The notes under the pieces are model-generated. The model searched no databases and had not been told where the DNA came from. It saw only the letters and a program-made list of their open reading frames with translations. A stretch of DNA of 64,000 nucleotides from Gemmatimonadota bacterium (GTDB taxonomy: Bacteria > Gemmatimonadota > Gemmatimonadetes > Palauibacterales > Palauibacteraceae): assembly GCA_965116475.1 (NCBI GenBank), contig OZ220691.1, forward strand, positions 2,976,001 to 3,040,000. The letters run 5' to 3'. Positions 49,236 through 61,700 of this stretch are shown here, piece after piece. Every line of letters begins with the position of its first letter. The first letter of the stretch is position 1. The position numbers were made by a program, and so were the translations under genes.

Positions 49236-51092
49236 ATGTGCGGGATCGTCGGTTACGTCGGGGCGGAGGAGGCGGCCCCCCTCCTGCTCAACGGGCTCCG
49301 CCGCCTCGAATACCGCGGGTACGACTCCGCAGGCCTCGCCGTACATACCGGTTCGGGGCTCGATCTCCGCAAGTGCGCGGGCCGCGTTGACGACCTGGCG
49401 GACCGGATCGCCGAGGCGCCGCTTTCCGGAACGGCGGGCATCGCTCACACGCGCTGGGCGACGCACGGCGCACCCACCCCCGCCAATGCCCACCCCCTGA
49501 CGGACTGCCGCGGCGAGGTGGCGCTGGTCCACAACGGCGTGATCGAGAACTGCGACGCGCTGCGAACGAAGCTCTCCGAACTCGGTCACCGCTTCACGTC
49601 GGAGACCGACACCGAGGTCGTCGCCCACCTGGTCGAGGAAGCGTTCGACGGGAACCTCGAGCGCGCCGTCGCCGCCTCGCTGACGCAGGTGGAAGGCACG
49701 CTGGGGCTTGCCGCCATGAGCGTGCACGACCCGGCGCGGATCGTCGTGGCGCGCCGCGGCGCGCCCCTGCTGCTCGGGATCGGAGGCGCGGACGACGAAG
49801 CGATCTGGGTGGCTTCGGATGTGGCGGCGGTTCTCGAGCACACCCGCGACATCGTGTACCTGGAAGACGACGAAATGGCCGTCCTCACCTCTTCGGGGCA
49901 CCGCACCGTCGACCTCGGGCGAGACCGCGGCCATGTCGGATGGGAGCCCGTCCCGAAGGAAATCCGCCGCGTCGACTGGGATCTGGAGAAGATCGAAAAG
50001 GCGGGATATCCCCACTTCATGCTCCGCGAGATTCACGAACAGCCGCACACCGTGCGCGATGCGATGCGGGGCCGGCTGCTGGCGGAGGAGGGTACGGCGC
50101 GGCTCGGCGGACTCGACGAGTTTCGCCCGGAGATCAACGCGGCCGAGCGCATCGTCCTCACGGGGTGCGGGACGAGCTGGCATGCGGCGCTCGTCGGAGA
50201 ATACCTCATCGAGGCCCTCGCGCGCCTTCCCGTCGAGGTGGAGTACGCCTCCGAGTTCCGCTACCGGGAGCCGATCCTCGCGCCGGGGACGCTGGTGGGG
50301 GGCATCTCCCAGTCCGGGGAGACCGCGGACACGCTCGCCGCCGTGCGCGAAGCCGGCCGGCTCGGGGCGCCCACCTTCGGGGTCGTCAACGTGGTGGGCT
50401 CGACGATCGCACGGGAGACGCGCGCCGGAATCTACACCCACGCCGGCCCGGAGATCGGCGTCGCGTCCACGAAGGCCTTCGTCGCGCAGGTCGTTTCACT
50501 CGCGCTCCTCGGCCTCATGATCGCAAGGCGGCGCGGGATGGGTCGCGAGGAGGGCCGCGCCTTCGTGCGCGCCCTCGACGGACTTCCCGCTCTCATCGAA
50601 GAGGTCCTGGCAACGGAGGACCACATCCGGCAGGTGGCGAAGGAGTTCGCTCCCGCGCGCAACTTCCTCTACCTGGGGCGGGGCCCGAACTTTCCGATCG
50701 CCCTCGAGGGGGCGCTCAAGCTGAAGGAGATCTCCTACATCCACGCCGAGGGGTACCCGGCAGCCGAGATGAAGCACGGCCCGATCGCGCTCATCGACGA
50801 AGACATGCCCGTCGTCTTCATGGCTCCGCGAGGCGCCGTCTACTCGAAGGTGCTCGTGAACATCGAGGAGGTCAAAACGCGTGGCGGCCGCGTGATCGCC
50901 CTCGTGAACCGCCGGGAAACCGAGCTCGCCCGGAAGGTGGATCACCTGATTCCGGTGCCCGCGACGCTGCCTCTCCTGCAACCGATCGTCAACGTCGTTC
51001 CGCTACAGCTTCTCGCCTACCATATCGCCGTCCTGCGGGGCTGCGACGTGGACCGTCCGCGGAACCTCGCGAAGACCGTGACCGTCGAATAG
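49236..51092 (+). CDS. glmS: Glutamine-fructose-6-phosphate aminotransferase
   Basis: MCGIVG, EYRGYDSAG, HTRWATHG and PRNLAKTVTVE motifs. Confidence 0.97.
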   Translation: MCGIVGYVGAEEAAPLLLNGLRRLEYRGYDSAGLAVHTGSGLDLRKCAGRVDDLADRIAEAPLSGTAGIAHTRWATHGAPTPANAHPLTDCRGEVALVHNGVIENCDALRTKLSELGHRFTSETDTEVVAHLVEEAFDGNLERAVAASLTQVEGTLGLAAMSVHDPARIVVARRGAPLLLGIGGADDEAIWVASDVAAVLEHTRDIVYLEDDEMAVLTSSGHRTVDLGRDRGHVGWEPVPKEIRRVDWDLEKIEKAGYPHFMLREIHEQPHTVRDAMRGRLLAEEGTARLGGLDEFRPEINAAERIVLTGCGTSWHAALVGEYLIEALARLPVEVEYASEFRYREPILAPGTLVGGISQSGETADTLAAVREAGRLGAPTFGVVNVVGSTIARETRAGIYTHAGPEIGVASTKAFVAQVVSLALLGLMIARRRGMGREEGRAFVRALDGLPALIEEVLATEDHIRQVAKEFAPARNFLYLGRGPNFPIALEGALKLKEISYIHAEGYPAAEMKHGPIALIDEDMPVVFMAPRGAVYSKVLVNIEEVKTRGGRVIALVNRRETELARKVDHLIPVPATLPLLQPIVNVVPLQLLAYHIAVLRGCDVDRPRNLAKTVTVE

Positions 51093-51246
51093 TCTCCCGC
51101 ACGCGGGGGGCGCCCCCGCACGGAGCAAAGGGGTTACAGGGGGAAAGAGCCGGTGGTATGTTTTGGGCGACGCGTCCGCCGACGGGCCGTACCCATCGCG
51201 CCGCCGGCCGGGTCGCGCGGTCCACCGGGTCCGGGATTGGAAGGGG

Positions 51247-51720
51247 ATGCCGAGCGCCTACCTCCAGGGGATGAAGGAACAGGTCGCACGCTACGCAGGC
51301 ACGCTGCGTGACGTCGTCATCCTCGCGCCCGTCTACGGTTTGCTGATGTTCACCCTCATGAAGGATCCGCGCCTGACCCGGCAGCAGCGGATTCTGGTGG
51401 ATGCGGCCATCGCCTACCTCGTCAGTCCGGATGACGTGATCCCGGAAGATGAGGTCGGGCCGTACGGTTTTCTGGATGATGTTTTCTGCTGTGCGTATGT
51501 GACGCACCGGATCGGAGAGGAGCTTGGCTGGGATGTGGTGGAGGAGCACTGGACCGGTGAGCGCTCGGCGCTCGAGGTTTCGAACAATCTGCTCGCCCGC
51601 GAGCGGGAACTGCTCGGCGGGGCGGGTGACGACGTTCTCGAATTCGCGGGGCTCCTCGACCGGCGGTCGGACGCTGAAGCGGAACGCCCCCAACTCGTCC
51701 TCACGGCAGCCGGCCCCTAG
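51247..51720 (+). CDS. YkvA/DUF1232 family protein
   Basis: AIAYLVSPDDVIPE..GPYGFLDD; ATG 51247 preferred because TGgTATGTT at 51154-51162 looks like the -10 element. Confidence 0.8.
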   Translation: MPSAYLQGMKEQVARYAGTLRDVVILAPVYGLLMFTLMKDPRLTRQQRILVDAAIAYLVSPDDVIPEDEVGPYGFLDDVFCCAYVTHRIGEELGWDVVEEHWTGERSALEVSNNLLARERELLGGAGDDVLEFAGLLDRRSDAEAERPQLVLTAAGP

Positions 51721-51769
51721 CAGTCCACGGGTCGCCGGCAGCCGGCCGCGGATCGCCGCGGTCCTGGTC

Positions 51770-52393
51770 GTGCTCGCCGGGTTCGTCGGCGCGGAGTCGG
51801 TCGATGCCCAGTATCGCCTGACCGCCCCTTCGGGCAGTTTCGTGGAGTTCGAGGCCGATCTCCTCCTCCGCTTCCGCGACCGTTCCGACTCCCTCATGAC
51901 CGATCTCGTGGAAGATCCCTTCGTGCTCTACTTCCCGTCCTTCGGGCGGGATCTTGACGAGTCCGAGGCGCGGGACGCGTGGCCATGGAATGCGGTCGAG
52001 GTGGTGACGGACTCGAGCGCCGCGCTCGTGATGCCGGGAAACCTGAGGGAGGCCGGGCGGGCGTACGAGAGCTACGCGGTCCTCCGCATGCACGCCGTCC
52101 GCCAGGATCCCGACGTGGCCTGCGAAGTGCTCGTCTCACGGGAAGTCGAGGCCGTCGACGGCTTCGTCGACGGGTGGATCGTGGCGCGACTCCTCTTCGG
52201 CGGGCCCGCGTACGAGCCGCTCGACGAACTCGCCTTCGCGCGCGAGGCCGGCGTCCTCGCCGGACTCATCCTCGACCGCTCGGACCGCCAGCTGGGCGGT
52301 TGTCTGCAGGTCTCCCGCGAACGTCGCGCGGAGGACATCGCCGCGTACCGCGTCTGGCGAACGGAACGCTATCTCCCCCCGGGCGGGCGATGA
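51770..52393 (+). CDS. Hypothetical exported protein (start uncertain)
   Basis: Signal-like VLVVLAGFVGAESVDAQ; ATGA overlap with cysS. Confidence 0.6.
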   Translation: MLAGFVGAESVDAQYRLTAPSGSFVEFEADLLLRFRDRSDSLMTDLVEDPFVLYFPSFGRDLDESEARDAWPWNAVEVVTDSSAALVMPGNLREAGRAYESYAVLRMHAVRQDPDVACEVLVSREVEAVDGFVDGWIVARLLFGGPAYEPLDELAFAREAGVLAGLILDRSDRQLGGCLQVSRERRAEDIAAYRVWRTERYLPPGGR

Positions 52394-53865
52394 GTCTCCG
52401 ACTCTACGACTCCCTTACGCGCCGGCTCCGCCCGTTCGAGCCCGTCGAACCGGGCCGGGTGCGCATGTACAACTGCGGACCCACGGTGTACGACCGCGCG
52501 CATGTCGGGAACTTCCGCGCCTTTATTTGGGAAGACCTGCTTCGCCGCTACCTCCGGTTCAAGGGGTACGACGTCTGCCAGGTCATGAACCTGACCGATG
52601 TCGATGATCGGACGATCGCGGCGGCCACCGACCGGGGCGTCCCGCTGGCCGAGGTCACAGATCCCGTGATCGGGATGTTCCTCGAGGACTGGGAGACGCT
52701 GGGACTCGAGGAGCCCGAGCATCGGCCGCGGGCGACCCACTTCGTCGAGGGGATGATCCGGCTGATCGAAGTCCTCGCCGAGCGAGGATTGACGTACGAG
52801 AGCGATGGTTCAGTGTACTTCGCGATCGGGCGTTCCCCCGGGTACGGACGGCTGGCCGGGATCGACTCCGGGGGCCTCACGGCGACCGGCAGGGCCCAGG
52901 GGGATGAGGAGTACGACAAGGATGATCCGAGAGATTTCGTCCTCTGGAAGGGCGGCGACCGCGGCGCGGATGGCTCCGTGGCCGTGTGGGATTCTCCGTG
53001 GGGACCCGGCCGGCCGGGCTGGCACCTCGAGTGCTCGGCGATGGCGATGCACCACCTGGGCGAAACGCTGGACATCCATACCGGAGGGGTCGACAACCTC
53101 TTCCCGCATCACACCAACGAGATCGCCCAGTCGGAAGGGGTGACGGGGAAGAAGTTCTCGGAGTTCTGGCTTCACGCCGAGCACCTTCTGGTGGAAGGCC
53201 GGAAGATGTCGAAGTCGCTCGGCAACTGCTTCACGATCCCGGAACTGGTCGAACGCGGACACGCGCCATCGGCGATCCGGTACCTGCTGCTCAGCGGACA
53301 CTATCGGACCCAGCTGAATTTCACGTTCGACGGCCTGGAGGCGGCGGCCAAGGCCGTGACCCGCCTGCACGAGTTCAGGAACCGCGCGCGCGACGCCGGC
53401 GAGGCCGAGATTGACGCATCGACGGACGTCGGCGAGGTGGCGGCCCGAGCGCTCGCCGCGTTCGAAGCGGCGATGGACGACGACCTGAACGTGAGCGAAG
53501 CGCTCTCCGCGGTGTTCGGGCTCGTCCGGGAGGTGAATCAGCTGCTCGACGCCGCCCATCCCCGGGCCCCGTCGGGCACCGGGGCCGCGCTCGCCGCGCT
53601 CGACGCCTTCGACCGCGTCTTCGGGGTGCTGGCCGTACGGGACCGCGAGTCATCCGGTGGCGATGACGAGTTCGTCGCGTGGGCCACGGCCCGCGTGGAC
53701 GAACGCGAGCGAGCGCGGGCGAACCGGGACTTCGCGCGCGCCGATGCGATTCGCGCCGAACTCGAGGCCCGCGGCGCGATCGTGGAGGATCTCGCGGAGT
53801 CCACCCGCCTTCGCGTGGATGGGCGCACGATCCAGGTGCCGCGTCCCCTCCGGACGGCAGGATGA
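52390..53865 (+). CDS. cysS: Cysteine-tRNA ligase
   Basis: CGPTVY..AHVGN, DFVLWK, GRPGWHLECS and KMSKS motifs. Confidence 0.97.
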   Translation: MSLRLYDSLTRRLRPFEPVEPGRVRMYNCGPTVYDRAHVGNFRAFIWEDLLRRYLRFKGYDVCQVMNLTDVDDRTIAAATDRGVPLAEVTDPVIGMFLEDWETLGLEEPEHRPRATHFVEGMIRLIEVLAERGLTYESDGSVYFAIGRSPGYGRLAGIDSGGLTATGRAQGDEEYDKDDPRDFVLWKGGDRGADGSVAVWDSPWGPGRPGWHLECSAMAMHHLGETLDIHTGGVDNLFPHHTNEIAQSEGVTGKKFSEFWLHAEHLLVEGRKMSKSLGNCFTIPELVERGHAPSAIRYLLLSGHYRTQLNFTFDGLEAAAKAVTRLHEFRNRARDAGEAEIDASTDVGEVAARALAAFEAAMDDDLNVSEALSAVFGLVREVNQLLDAAHPRAPSGTGAALAALDAFDRVFGVLAVRDRESSGGDDEFVAWATARVDERERARANRDFARADAIRAELEARGAIVEDLAESTRLRVDGRTIQVPRPLRTAG

Positions 53866-53914
53866 GGCGATGGACGCCCGCGAAGGGCGGTCGAATCGGG
53901 CGTCGGAAAACACC

Positions 53915-53944
53915 TTGACGGTCCGCCACGCATGCCCCTATGTT
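53915..53944 (+). promoter_or_regulatory. sigma70 promoter of the tRNA-tuf operon
   Basis: TTGACG-N18-TATGTT. Confidence 0.6.
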
Positions 53945-53968
53945 AGAAGACTGTTGTGCGGAAGGGTC

Positions 53969-54041
53969 GCTGGCGTAGCTCAACCGGTAGAGCGTCGGAT
54001 TTGTAATCCGGAGGTTGTGGGTTCGAGCCCCACCGCCAGCT
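53969..54041 (+). tRNA. tRNA-Thr(TGT)
   Basis: GCTGGCG/CGCCAGC acceptor stem, anticodon loop TT-TGT-AA, GGTTCGAG T-loop; CCA not encoded. Confidence 0.95.
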
Positions 54042-54125
54042 CGGTCGAGTCGGACGAACAGCCGCCCCGAAGCGGCGAACCCTGGAACTCATCGATCGGG
54101 CGTCGATCGGGCGCCAGGTACCGGC

Positions 54126-54208
54126 GGTGGGGTACCGAAGCGGCCAAACGGGGCAGACTGTAAATCTGCTGGCTTATGCCTTCGGAGGTTCGAATCCTCC
54201 CCCCACCA
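54126..54208 (+). tRNA. tRNA-Tyr(GTA)
   Basis: GGTGGGG/CCCCACC acceptor stem, CT-GTA-AA loop, long variable arm, GGTTCGAATCC. Confidence 0.95.
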
Positions 54209-54319
54209 CCTTCACGAGACCACTGACGAAACAAGGGCGTAGCCCGCGCGCGAGCAGGAGGAGCGTCCGTCGCGGGACCGTTCCGCCGAACCCGCAGTCC
54301 GAGAGGAGAACGAGGGGCG

Positions 54320-55513
<1,194 letters not shown>

Positions 55514-55522
55514 GGAACACAA

Positions 55523-55672
55523 ATGAGGGTTCGGATTACGCTCGAATGCACGGAGTGTAAAGAGCGCAACTATTCGACGACGAAGAATCGTCGGACCCAT
55601 CCGCAGCGGGCCGAGCAGAAGAAGTACTGTCGCCGCTGTAACGGACATAAAATGCACAAGGAAACACGGTAA
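55523..55672 (+). CDS. rpmG: 50S ribosomal protein L33 (Zn-binding form; missing from the ORF track)
   Basis: [22 protein letters not shown]...[16 protein letters not shown]. Confidence 0.95.
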   Translation: MRVRITLECTECKERNYSTTKNRRTHPQRAEQKKYCRRCNGHKMHKETR

Positions 55673-55681
55673 GGGGTTCGA

Positions 55682-55888
55682 TTGGCCGGCATCGTCAGAA
55701 GAACTCAGGAATTCGCCGAACAGGTACAGGTCGAGATGCGTCGGGTCACGTGGCCCGACAAGGATCAGTTGCGCGGTGCAACGATCGGCATCCTGATCTT
55801 CGTTTTCATCATGGCCATCGTCATCGGAGCAATGGATTCGGTCTTCGCGGCGTCGGTGCGGTTCATCGTCAGGTCGTTCGGTGGTTGA
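55682..55888 (+). CDS. secE: Preprotein translocase SecE
   Basis: EMRRVTWP plus one TM helix; conserved position. Confidence 0.93.
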   Translation: MAGIVRRTQEFAEQVQVEMRRVTWPDKDQLRGATIGILIFVFIMAIVIGAMDSVFAASVRFIVRSFGG

Positions 55889-56462
55889 GTCCGCGGGCGC
55901 GGGAGCCGCGCAGACCGGCCTTCCCGGGGACGCGCCGCGCTGGTACGCGCTGCAGACGTACTCGGGCCACGAGAAGAAGGTGAAGACCCTGCTCGAGCAG
56001 AAGATCCAGGAGTACGGGGATGAACCTCCGATCCGGGAGGTCATCGTCCCCACGCAGGAAGTCGTCGAGATCAAGGGAGGGAAGCGCGTCAAGTCGACGA
56101 AGCGGCTCTACCCGGGCTACGTGCTCATTCAGATGCTGCTGGACCAGAACACGATGTACGTCGTCAACAACGTACCCGGCGTCATCAAGTTCGTGGGAAG
56201 CGGGAAGGACCCACAGCCGCTCAAGACCGAGGAGATGAACAAGATCCTCGGCATCGCGGATGAACTCGAGCAGGCGGGTCCCGAGACGGAGATCCCCTTC
56301 CGGCCGGGCCAGGTCGTCGAAGTCATGGAGGGACCGTTCAGCGATTTCAGCGGAACGGTGGAAGAAGTGTTTGCGGAGAAGGGCAAGGTGCGCGTGCAGG
56401 TGAGCCTGTTCGGGCGCCCGACCTCGGTTGAACTGGACTACACGCAGCTGCAGGGGTTCTGA
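55881..56462 (+). CDS. nusG: Transcription factor NusG
   Basis: [17 protein letters not shown] and [11 protein letters not shown] motifs. Confidence 0.97.
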   Translation: MVESAGAGAAQTGLPGDAPRWYALQTYSGHEKKVKTLLEQKIQEYGDEPPIREVIVPTQEVVEIKGGKRVKSTKRLYPGYVLIQMLLDQNTMYVVNNVPGVIKFVGSGKDPQPLKTEEMNKILGIADELEQAGPETEIPFRPGQVVEVMEGPFSDFSGTVEEVFAEKGKVRVQVSLFGRPTSVELDYTQLQGF

Positions 56463-56893
56463 TGCCGCCGAAGAAACAGGTTACCGGATTCATCAAGCTG
56501 CAGATTCCGGGGGGGCAGGCGAATCCGGCCCCGCCGGTGGGTCCGGCACTGGGCCAGCACGGCCTCAACATCATGGATTTCTGCAAGACGTTCAACGCGC
56601 AGACGCAGCAGGAAGCCGGCACGATCATCCCGGTCGAGATCACGGTCTACAAGGACCGGACGTTCAGCTTCATCACCAAGACGCCACCGGCGGTGGAGCT
56701 GCTCAAGAAGGAACTCGGTCTCGAGTCGGGTTCTCCGGTCCCCAATCGGGAGAAGGTCGGCAAGGTCACGGACGACCAGCTGCGCAGAATCGCCAGGATC
56801 AAGATGAAGGATCTCAACGCGGCCGATGAAGAGGCCGCGATGCGGATGATCGCGGGCACCGCACGATCCATGGGGATCGAGCGGGCCGACTGA
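56462..56893 (+). CDS. rplK: 50S ribosomal protein L11
   Basis: [15 protein letters not shown] motif. Confidence 0.98.
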   Translation: MPPKKQVTGFIKLQIPGGQANPAPPVGPALGQHGLNIMDFCKTFNAQTQQEAGTIIPVEITVYKDRTFSFITKTPPAVELLKKELGLESGSPVPNREKVGKVTDDQLRRIARIKMKDLNAADEEAAMRMIAGTARSMGIERAD

Positions 56894-56912
56894 TCGGGAG
56901 AGATCGGGAGAC

Positions 56913-57602
56913 ATGCCGAAACGCGGCAAGAAATACCGCTCCGCCGGAGAGGCCGCTCCGGCGAACGGCGCCCTCGCGCCTCGCGAGGCGCTTGAGTGCG
57001 TGAAGAAAACGGCGTTCGCGAACTTCGACGAGACGGTCGAGGCCTCAGTACGCCTCGGCGTGGACCCGCGCAAGGCGGACCAGATCGTGCGCGGCACGGT
57101 CATCCTGCCCGCGGGTACGGGCCGCAGGGTGCGGGTGCTCGCTCTCGTCAAGGCGGACCGGGCGGCCGAGGCGAAGGAAGCCGGCGCGGACTACGTGGGA
57201 ACCGAGTACATCGAGCAGATTCAGGAGGGGTGGCTCGATTTCGACGTCGCGATCGCGACGCCGGATCTCATGAAGGATGTGGCCCGACTGGGCAGGATCC
57301 TCGGCCCGCGCGGCCTCATGCCCACGCCAAAGGCCGGCACGGTCACCATGGACGTGGGTCGGGCCGTTCGCGAATCGAAGGCGGGCAAGATCGAATTCCG
57401 GGTGGACCGGACCGGCAACGTGCATGCGCCGATCGGAAAGGTGAGCTTCGAACTCGACAGGTTGAACGAGAATTTCGAAGCGCTTATGGACGAGATCGTG
57501 CGGTTGAAGCCCGCCGCGGCAAAGGGCCGGTATGTGAAGAGCGTGACCGTGACCAGCACGATGGGTCTCGGCGTTTCCGTGGACGAGGACCTGTACCGAT
57601 AG
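56913..57602 (+). CDS. rplA: 50S ribosomal protein L1
   Basis: FDETVE..LGVDPR and LGPRGLMP motifs. Confidence 0.98.
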   Translation: MPKRGKKYRSAGEAAPANGALAPREALECVKKTAFANFDETVEASVRLGVDPRKADQIVRGTVILPAGTGRRVRVLALVKADRAAEAKEAGADYVGTEYIEQIQEGWLDFDVAIATPDLMKDVARLGRILGPRGLMPTPKAGTVTMDVGRAVRESKAGKIEFRVDRTGNVHAPIGKVSFELDRLNENFEALMDEIVRLKPAAAKGRYVKSVTVTSTMGLGVSVDEDLYR

Positions 57603-57606
57603 ATCC

Positions 57607-58131
57607 ATGAGACTCGAAGAAAAGCAGCGCGTCACGCAGGAACTCACTGCGCAGATCGAAGAGAGCGGGACGATTTACCTGACCGACTTCACGGGGTTGA
57701 ACGTGAAGGCGATCACGGATTTCCGCACGCGGCTCCGAGACGAGGGCCTGAGTTATCGGGTCGTGAAGAACACCCTCATGAAGCGGGCGCTCGAGGATCT
57801 GGACCTCCCGGATCTGAGCGCCCATCTCGAGGGTCCGACAGGGCTCATCCTCAGCGACGCCGACCCCGTCACGCCGGCCAGAGTGCTGAAGGACTTCGCG
57901 AAAGCGAACGAGGACCGGCCGGTGGTGAAGGTTGGCGTCATCAATCGGGTAGAAACGTCGCCGGAGGAAGTGAGGCGCATCGCCGACCTTCCGTCGCGGG
58001 AGGTTCTGCTCGGCAGCATCGCGGGCGGGCTCACGGCGAGCGTCGGCGGCATCGCCGGCGCGCTGAATGCGCTCCTCCGCGACATCGCAGACGTGATCGA
58101 ACAGGTCGGAAGGAAGAACGAGTCCGCCTGA
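57607..58131 (+). CDS. rplJ: 50S ribosomal protein L10
   Basis: VVKNTL and LPSREVLL motifs. Confidence 0.96.
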   Translation: MRLEEKQRVTQELTAQIEESGTIYLTDFTGLNVKAITDFRTRLRDEGLSYRVVKNTLMKRALEDLDLPDLSAHLEGPTGLILSDADPVTPARVLKDFAKANEDRPVVKVGVINRVETSPEEVRRIADLPSREVLLGSIAGGLTASVGGIAGALNALLRDIADVIEQVGRKNESA

Positions 58132-58196
58132 GTGGGACGCATGCCCGTGACGTGCGGACATGCGGAACGGATACAGGATCCAGGGAACGGAAGAAC

Positions 58197-58571
58197 ATGT
58201 CCAAAATCGACGATCTTCTGCAGCAGATCGGCTCGCTGACGGTGCTCGAAGCCGCCGAGTTGAAAGACAAAATGGAGGAAACCTTCGGCGTGTCGGCCTC
58301 CGCGCCGGTCGCCGTCGCCGCCGCTCCCGGTGGCGGAGGTGACGCCGCCGAGGAGGAGCAGACGGAGTTCGACGTCCTCCTCACGGCGGTGGGCAGCAAG
58401 AAGATCCAGGTGATCAAGGTCGTGCGCGAAGTGACGAGCCTGGGTCTCAAGGAGGCGAAGGCCGTCGTCGACAACGCCCCCGGACCCGTGAAGGAAGGCG
58501 TGTCCAAGGAGGAGGCGGAGGAGATCAAGGCCAAGCTCGAAGAGCAGGGCGCCACGGCGGATCTCAAGTAG
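58197..58571 (+). CDS. rplL: 50S ribosomal protein L7/L12
   Basis: [24 protein letters not shown]; start revised to ATG 58197. Confidence 0.97.
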   Translation: MSKIDDLLQQIGSLTVLEAAELKDKMEETFGVSASAPVAVAAAPGGGGDAAEEEQTEFDVLLTAVGSKKIQVIKVVREVTSLGLKEAKAVVDNAPGPVKEGVSKEEAEEIKAKLEEQGATADLK

Positions 58572-58764
58572 CCGCGCTGAAGAGCGTGGCACGCCCCGGC
58601 GTCGATCATCCGATCGGCTCCGGACTGCGGAGGGACCGCAGCCGGACCGATGACGCGGGGGTCCGACTTCACACCGTGCACGAACCGGCGCGACCGCTTG
58701 CGGGCGCTGCCCGGTATTTCCGCATCTCCCATGTACTCGCGGGGTTCCCCGCGGGAGGTACGAT

Positions 58765-61700
58765 TTGACGGTCAACGGCAGACCCGCGGTCTCGTTCGAC
58801 AAGCTCGCCCGCCCGATGCACATGCCGCATTTTCTGGATGTGCAGCGCGAGGCGTTCGAGCGTCTGCTGCAATCGAAGACGAAGGAAGAGCAACGCCGGG
58901 ACCTCGGTCTCGAGAGGGTTTTCCGGGAGATCTTCCCCATTACGGACGTCAACGAGAACTTCTCGCTGGAGTTCGTCAGCTACTCGCTCGGAGAGCCGAA
59001 GTACGAGGTCGAGGAGTGCATCGAGCGCGACATGACCTACTCCGCCCCGCTGAAGGCGCGGCTCCGGCTGGTCATCTTCGAGACGGTGGGGAAGGACGAC
59101 GAGAAGCGTCCGGGCGATATCCTGGAGAAGGAAGTCTATCTCGGGGATCTGCCGCTCCTGACGGAGCAGGGAACGTTCGTCGTGAACGGGGCGGAGCGGG
59201 TCATCGTGAGCCAGCTTCACCGTTCCCCCGGCGTCGTGTTCGAGGAGACGCTGCACCCCAACGGCACGCGTCTCTTCTCGTCCCGGATCATCCCGTTCCG
59301 CGGGTCGTGGGTCGAGTTCACCCTCGACATCCACGACGTGATCCACGTCCACATAGACAAGAAGAAGAAATTCCCCGCCACCGCTCTGCTGAGGGCGTTC
59401 GGCTACGGGCGGGACGTGGACATCCTCGAGTGCTTCTGCCGACGCCGGCACGTCCCGATCGACACGGACGATGACGAGGAGTCGTCGACGCACCGCGAGG
59501 TAACGGGCACGCTGGTGGCCCGGAGCATCGCGAACCCCGACTTCGAAGAGGATCCCGAGGCGCTGGAACTGCACGGCTACGAGCCCGTGCCGGACGCCCC
59601 GCACTGGCTGGCGAACGATCTTCCGGGCGCGGATGGCGGGGAGCCGGTGGCGGCCCTCGGCGACCGGCTCGACGCGGAGCTGGTGCAGCGCATCCTGGAC
59701 CGCGAGGTCGCGAGCGTCGAGGTGTTCGAAGAGGAAGATGCCTTCATCGTGCGCCGCGGGGAGATGTTGAGCGAAGAAGCCCTCGAGCGCCTCGTGCGCG
59801 CGGGTGTTTCGGAGGTCGAGGTGTATTCGAGCGCGACCTTCGTCCCGCTGCGCGGGACCTACGAGGATCTCGCGATGCGCCGCGACTGGAGTTCGAGTCC
59901 GCAGCTCGCCGCCGATGTCGTCGACGAGGACACAGGAGAAGTCCTGGCCGAGAAGGGGGCGCGCTTCGATTCGAGCCTGTTCGCGAAGCTCAAGGGAGAG
60001 AAGGCTCGCGAAGCCCTGGTGTTCACGGGCGGTCCCCGCGGTGAGTCGCCGTTGCTGCGCAACACGCTCGCGAAGGATCCGACCGCGAGCGAGGCGGCCG
60101 CGCTGCACTCCATCTATTCTCTCGTCCGGCCCGGCGAAGCGCCGAACCTGGCGACGGCCCGGGGCGCGCTCGATCGCCTCTTCTTCAACCCCAAGCGCTA
60201 CGACCTGGGTCGGGTGGGACGACACAAGATCAACCACCGGCTCAAGGACGTATATCGGCTGCTCGGCCTCGAGATCCCCGCGGGCGATCTCGTGGTGCTG
60301 GACCCATCCGACTTCGTGGCGATCATCCGCTACCTGGTCGAACTGCACGAGGGCCGCGGTTACACGGACGACATCGATCATCTCGGGAACCGCCGCGTGC
60401 GGTCCATCGGAGAACTCATCGCGAACCAGTTTTCCGTCGGGCTGTCGCGTATGGCCCGCCTGGTCCGCGAGCGGATGTCGATCAACAGCGATCCCGAGAA
60501 GATCTCGATCGACGACCTCGTGAACGCGCGTACGGTGAGCGCCGTCATCCAGGCTTTCTTCGGGAGCTCGCAGCTCAGCCAGTTCATGGACCAGACGAAC
60601 CCGCTCTCGGAACTCACGCACAAGCGACGCCTCAGCGCGCTCGGTCCGGGCGGGCTGACGCGGGAGCGTGCCGGCTTCGAAGTGCGGGACGTACACTACT
60701 CGCACTACGGGCGCATGTGTCCCATCGAGACGCCGGAAGGCCCGAACATCGGGCTCATCACTTCCGTGACCACGTACTCCCGCCTGAACGAACTGGGCTT
60801 CCTCGAGACCCCCTACCGCAGGGTGGTCAACGAACGGGTCTCCCAGGATGAAATCGTCTGGCTCTCGGCGAGCGAAGAGGAGGAATACGCGGTCGCGCAG
60901 GCGAACGCCGAGCTGAACCCCGATGGGACGTTCGCCCGCTCGCTCGTCCTCTGCCGGCGGCGCGACGACTACCCGCTGCTGCCGCCCGAGGAGATCGACT
61001 TCATGGACGTCGCGCCCGACCAGCTCGTGGCCGTGTCGCCGGCGCTCATTCCGTTCCTCGAGCACGATGACGCGAACCGGGCGCTGATGGGATCGAACAT
61101 GCAGCGGCAGGCCGTGCCGCTTCTCTTCCCGGAGCGTCCGCTCGTGGGCACGGGTCTGGAGGGCAAGGTGGCCCGGGACTCCGGCGCGGTCGTGCTTGCC
61201 CGCCGAGCCGGGACGGTGACGCGGGTCACGGCGGACGAGGTAGAGGTCGACACCGGCAAGCCCCGGCGGGCGGCCGGCGAGATCCCCCTCGCCCGGCTCA
61301 CCCAGTACGACTCCTATCGACTGAGGAAGTTCTGGCGTACGAATCAGGACACGGCGATCAACCAGAGGCCGATCGTCCGGGTCGGCGACCGCGTGGAAGC
61401 GGGCGACGTGATCGGCGACGGAGCCGGCACGGATGGCGGCTCCCTCGCGCTCGGACGTAACGCGCTCGTCGCTTTCATGCCCTGGTTCGGACACAATTTC
61501 GAGGACGCCATCGTGATCAGCGAGAAGCTGGTCAAGGGCGACGTCTACACATCGGTCCACATCCAGGAGCTCGAACTCCACGTCCGCGACACGAAACGCG
61601 GGATGGAGGAGATCACGCGCGAGATCCCCAACGTGGCCGAGGAAGCGCTCGTCGACCTCGATGATCGCGGGATCGTCCGCATCGGCGCGGCGGTCCGCTC

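Noticed and set aside
54042..54125. Direct repeat TCGATCGGGCG and small hairpins between the tRNAs
   Set aside because: No tRNA fold, att-site duplication or integrase nearby; likely ordinary spacer structure
60555..60660. Rifampicin-resistance substitutions in RpoB cluster I
   Set aside because: SQLSQFMDQTNPLSELTHKRRLSAL retains the sensitive-type Q, D, H and S residues
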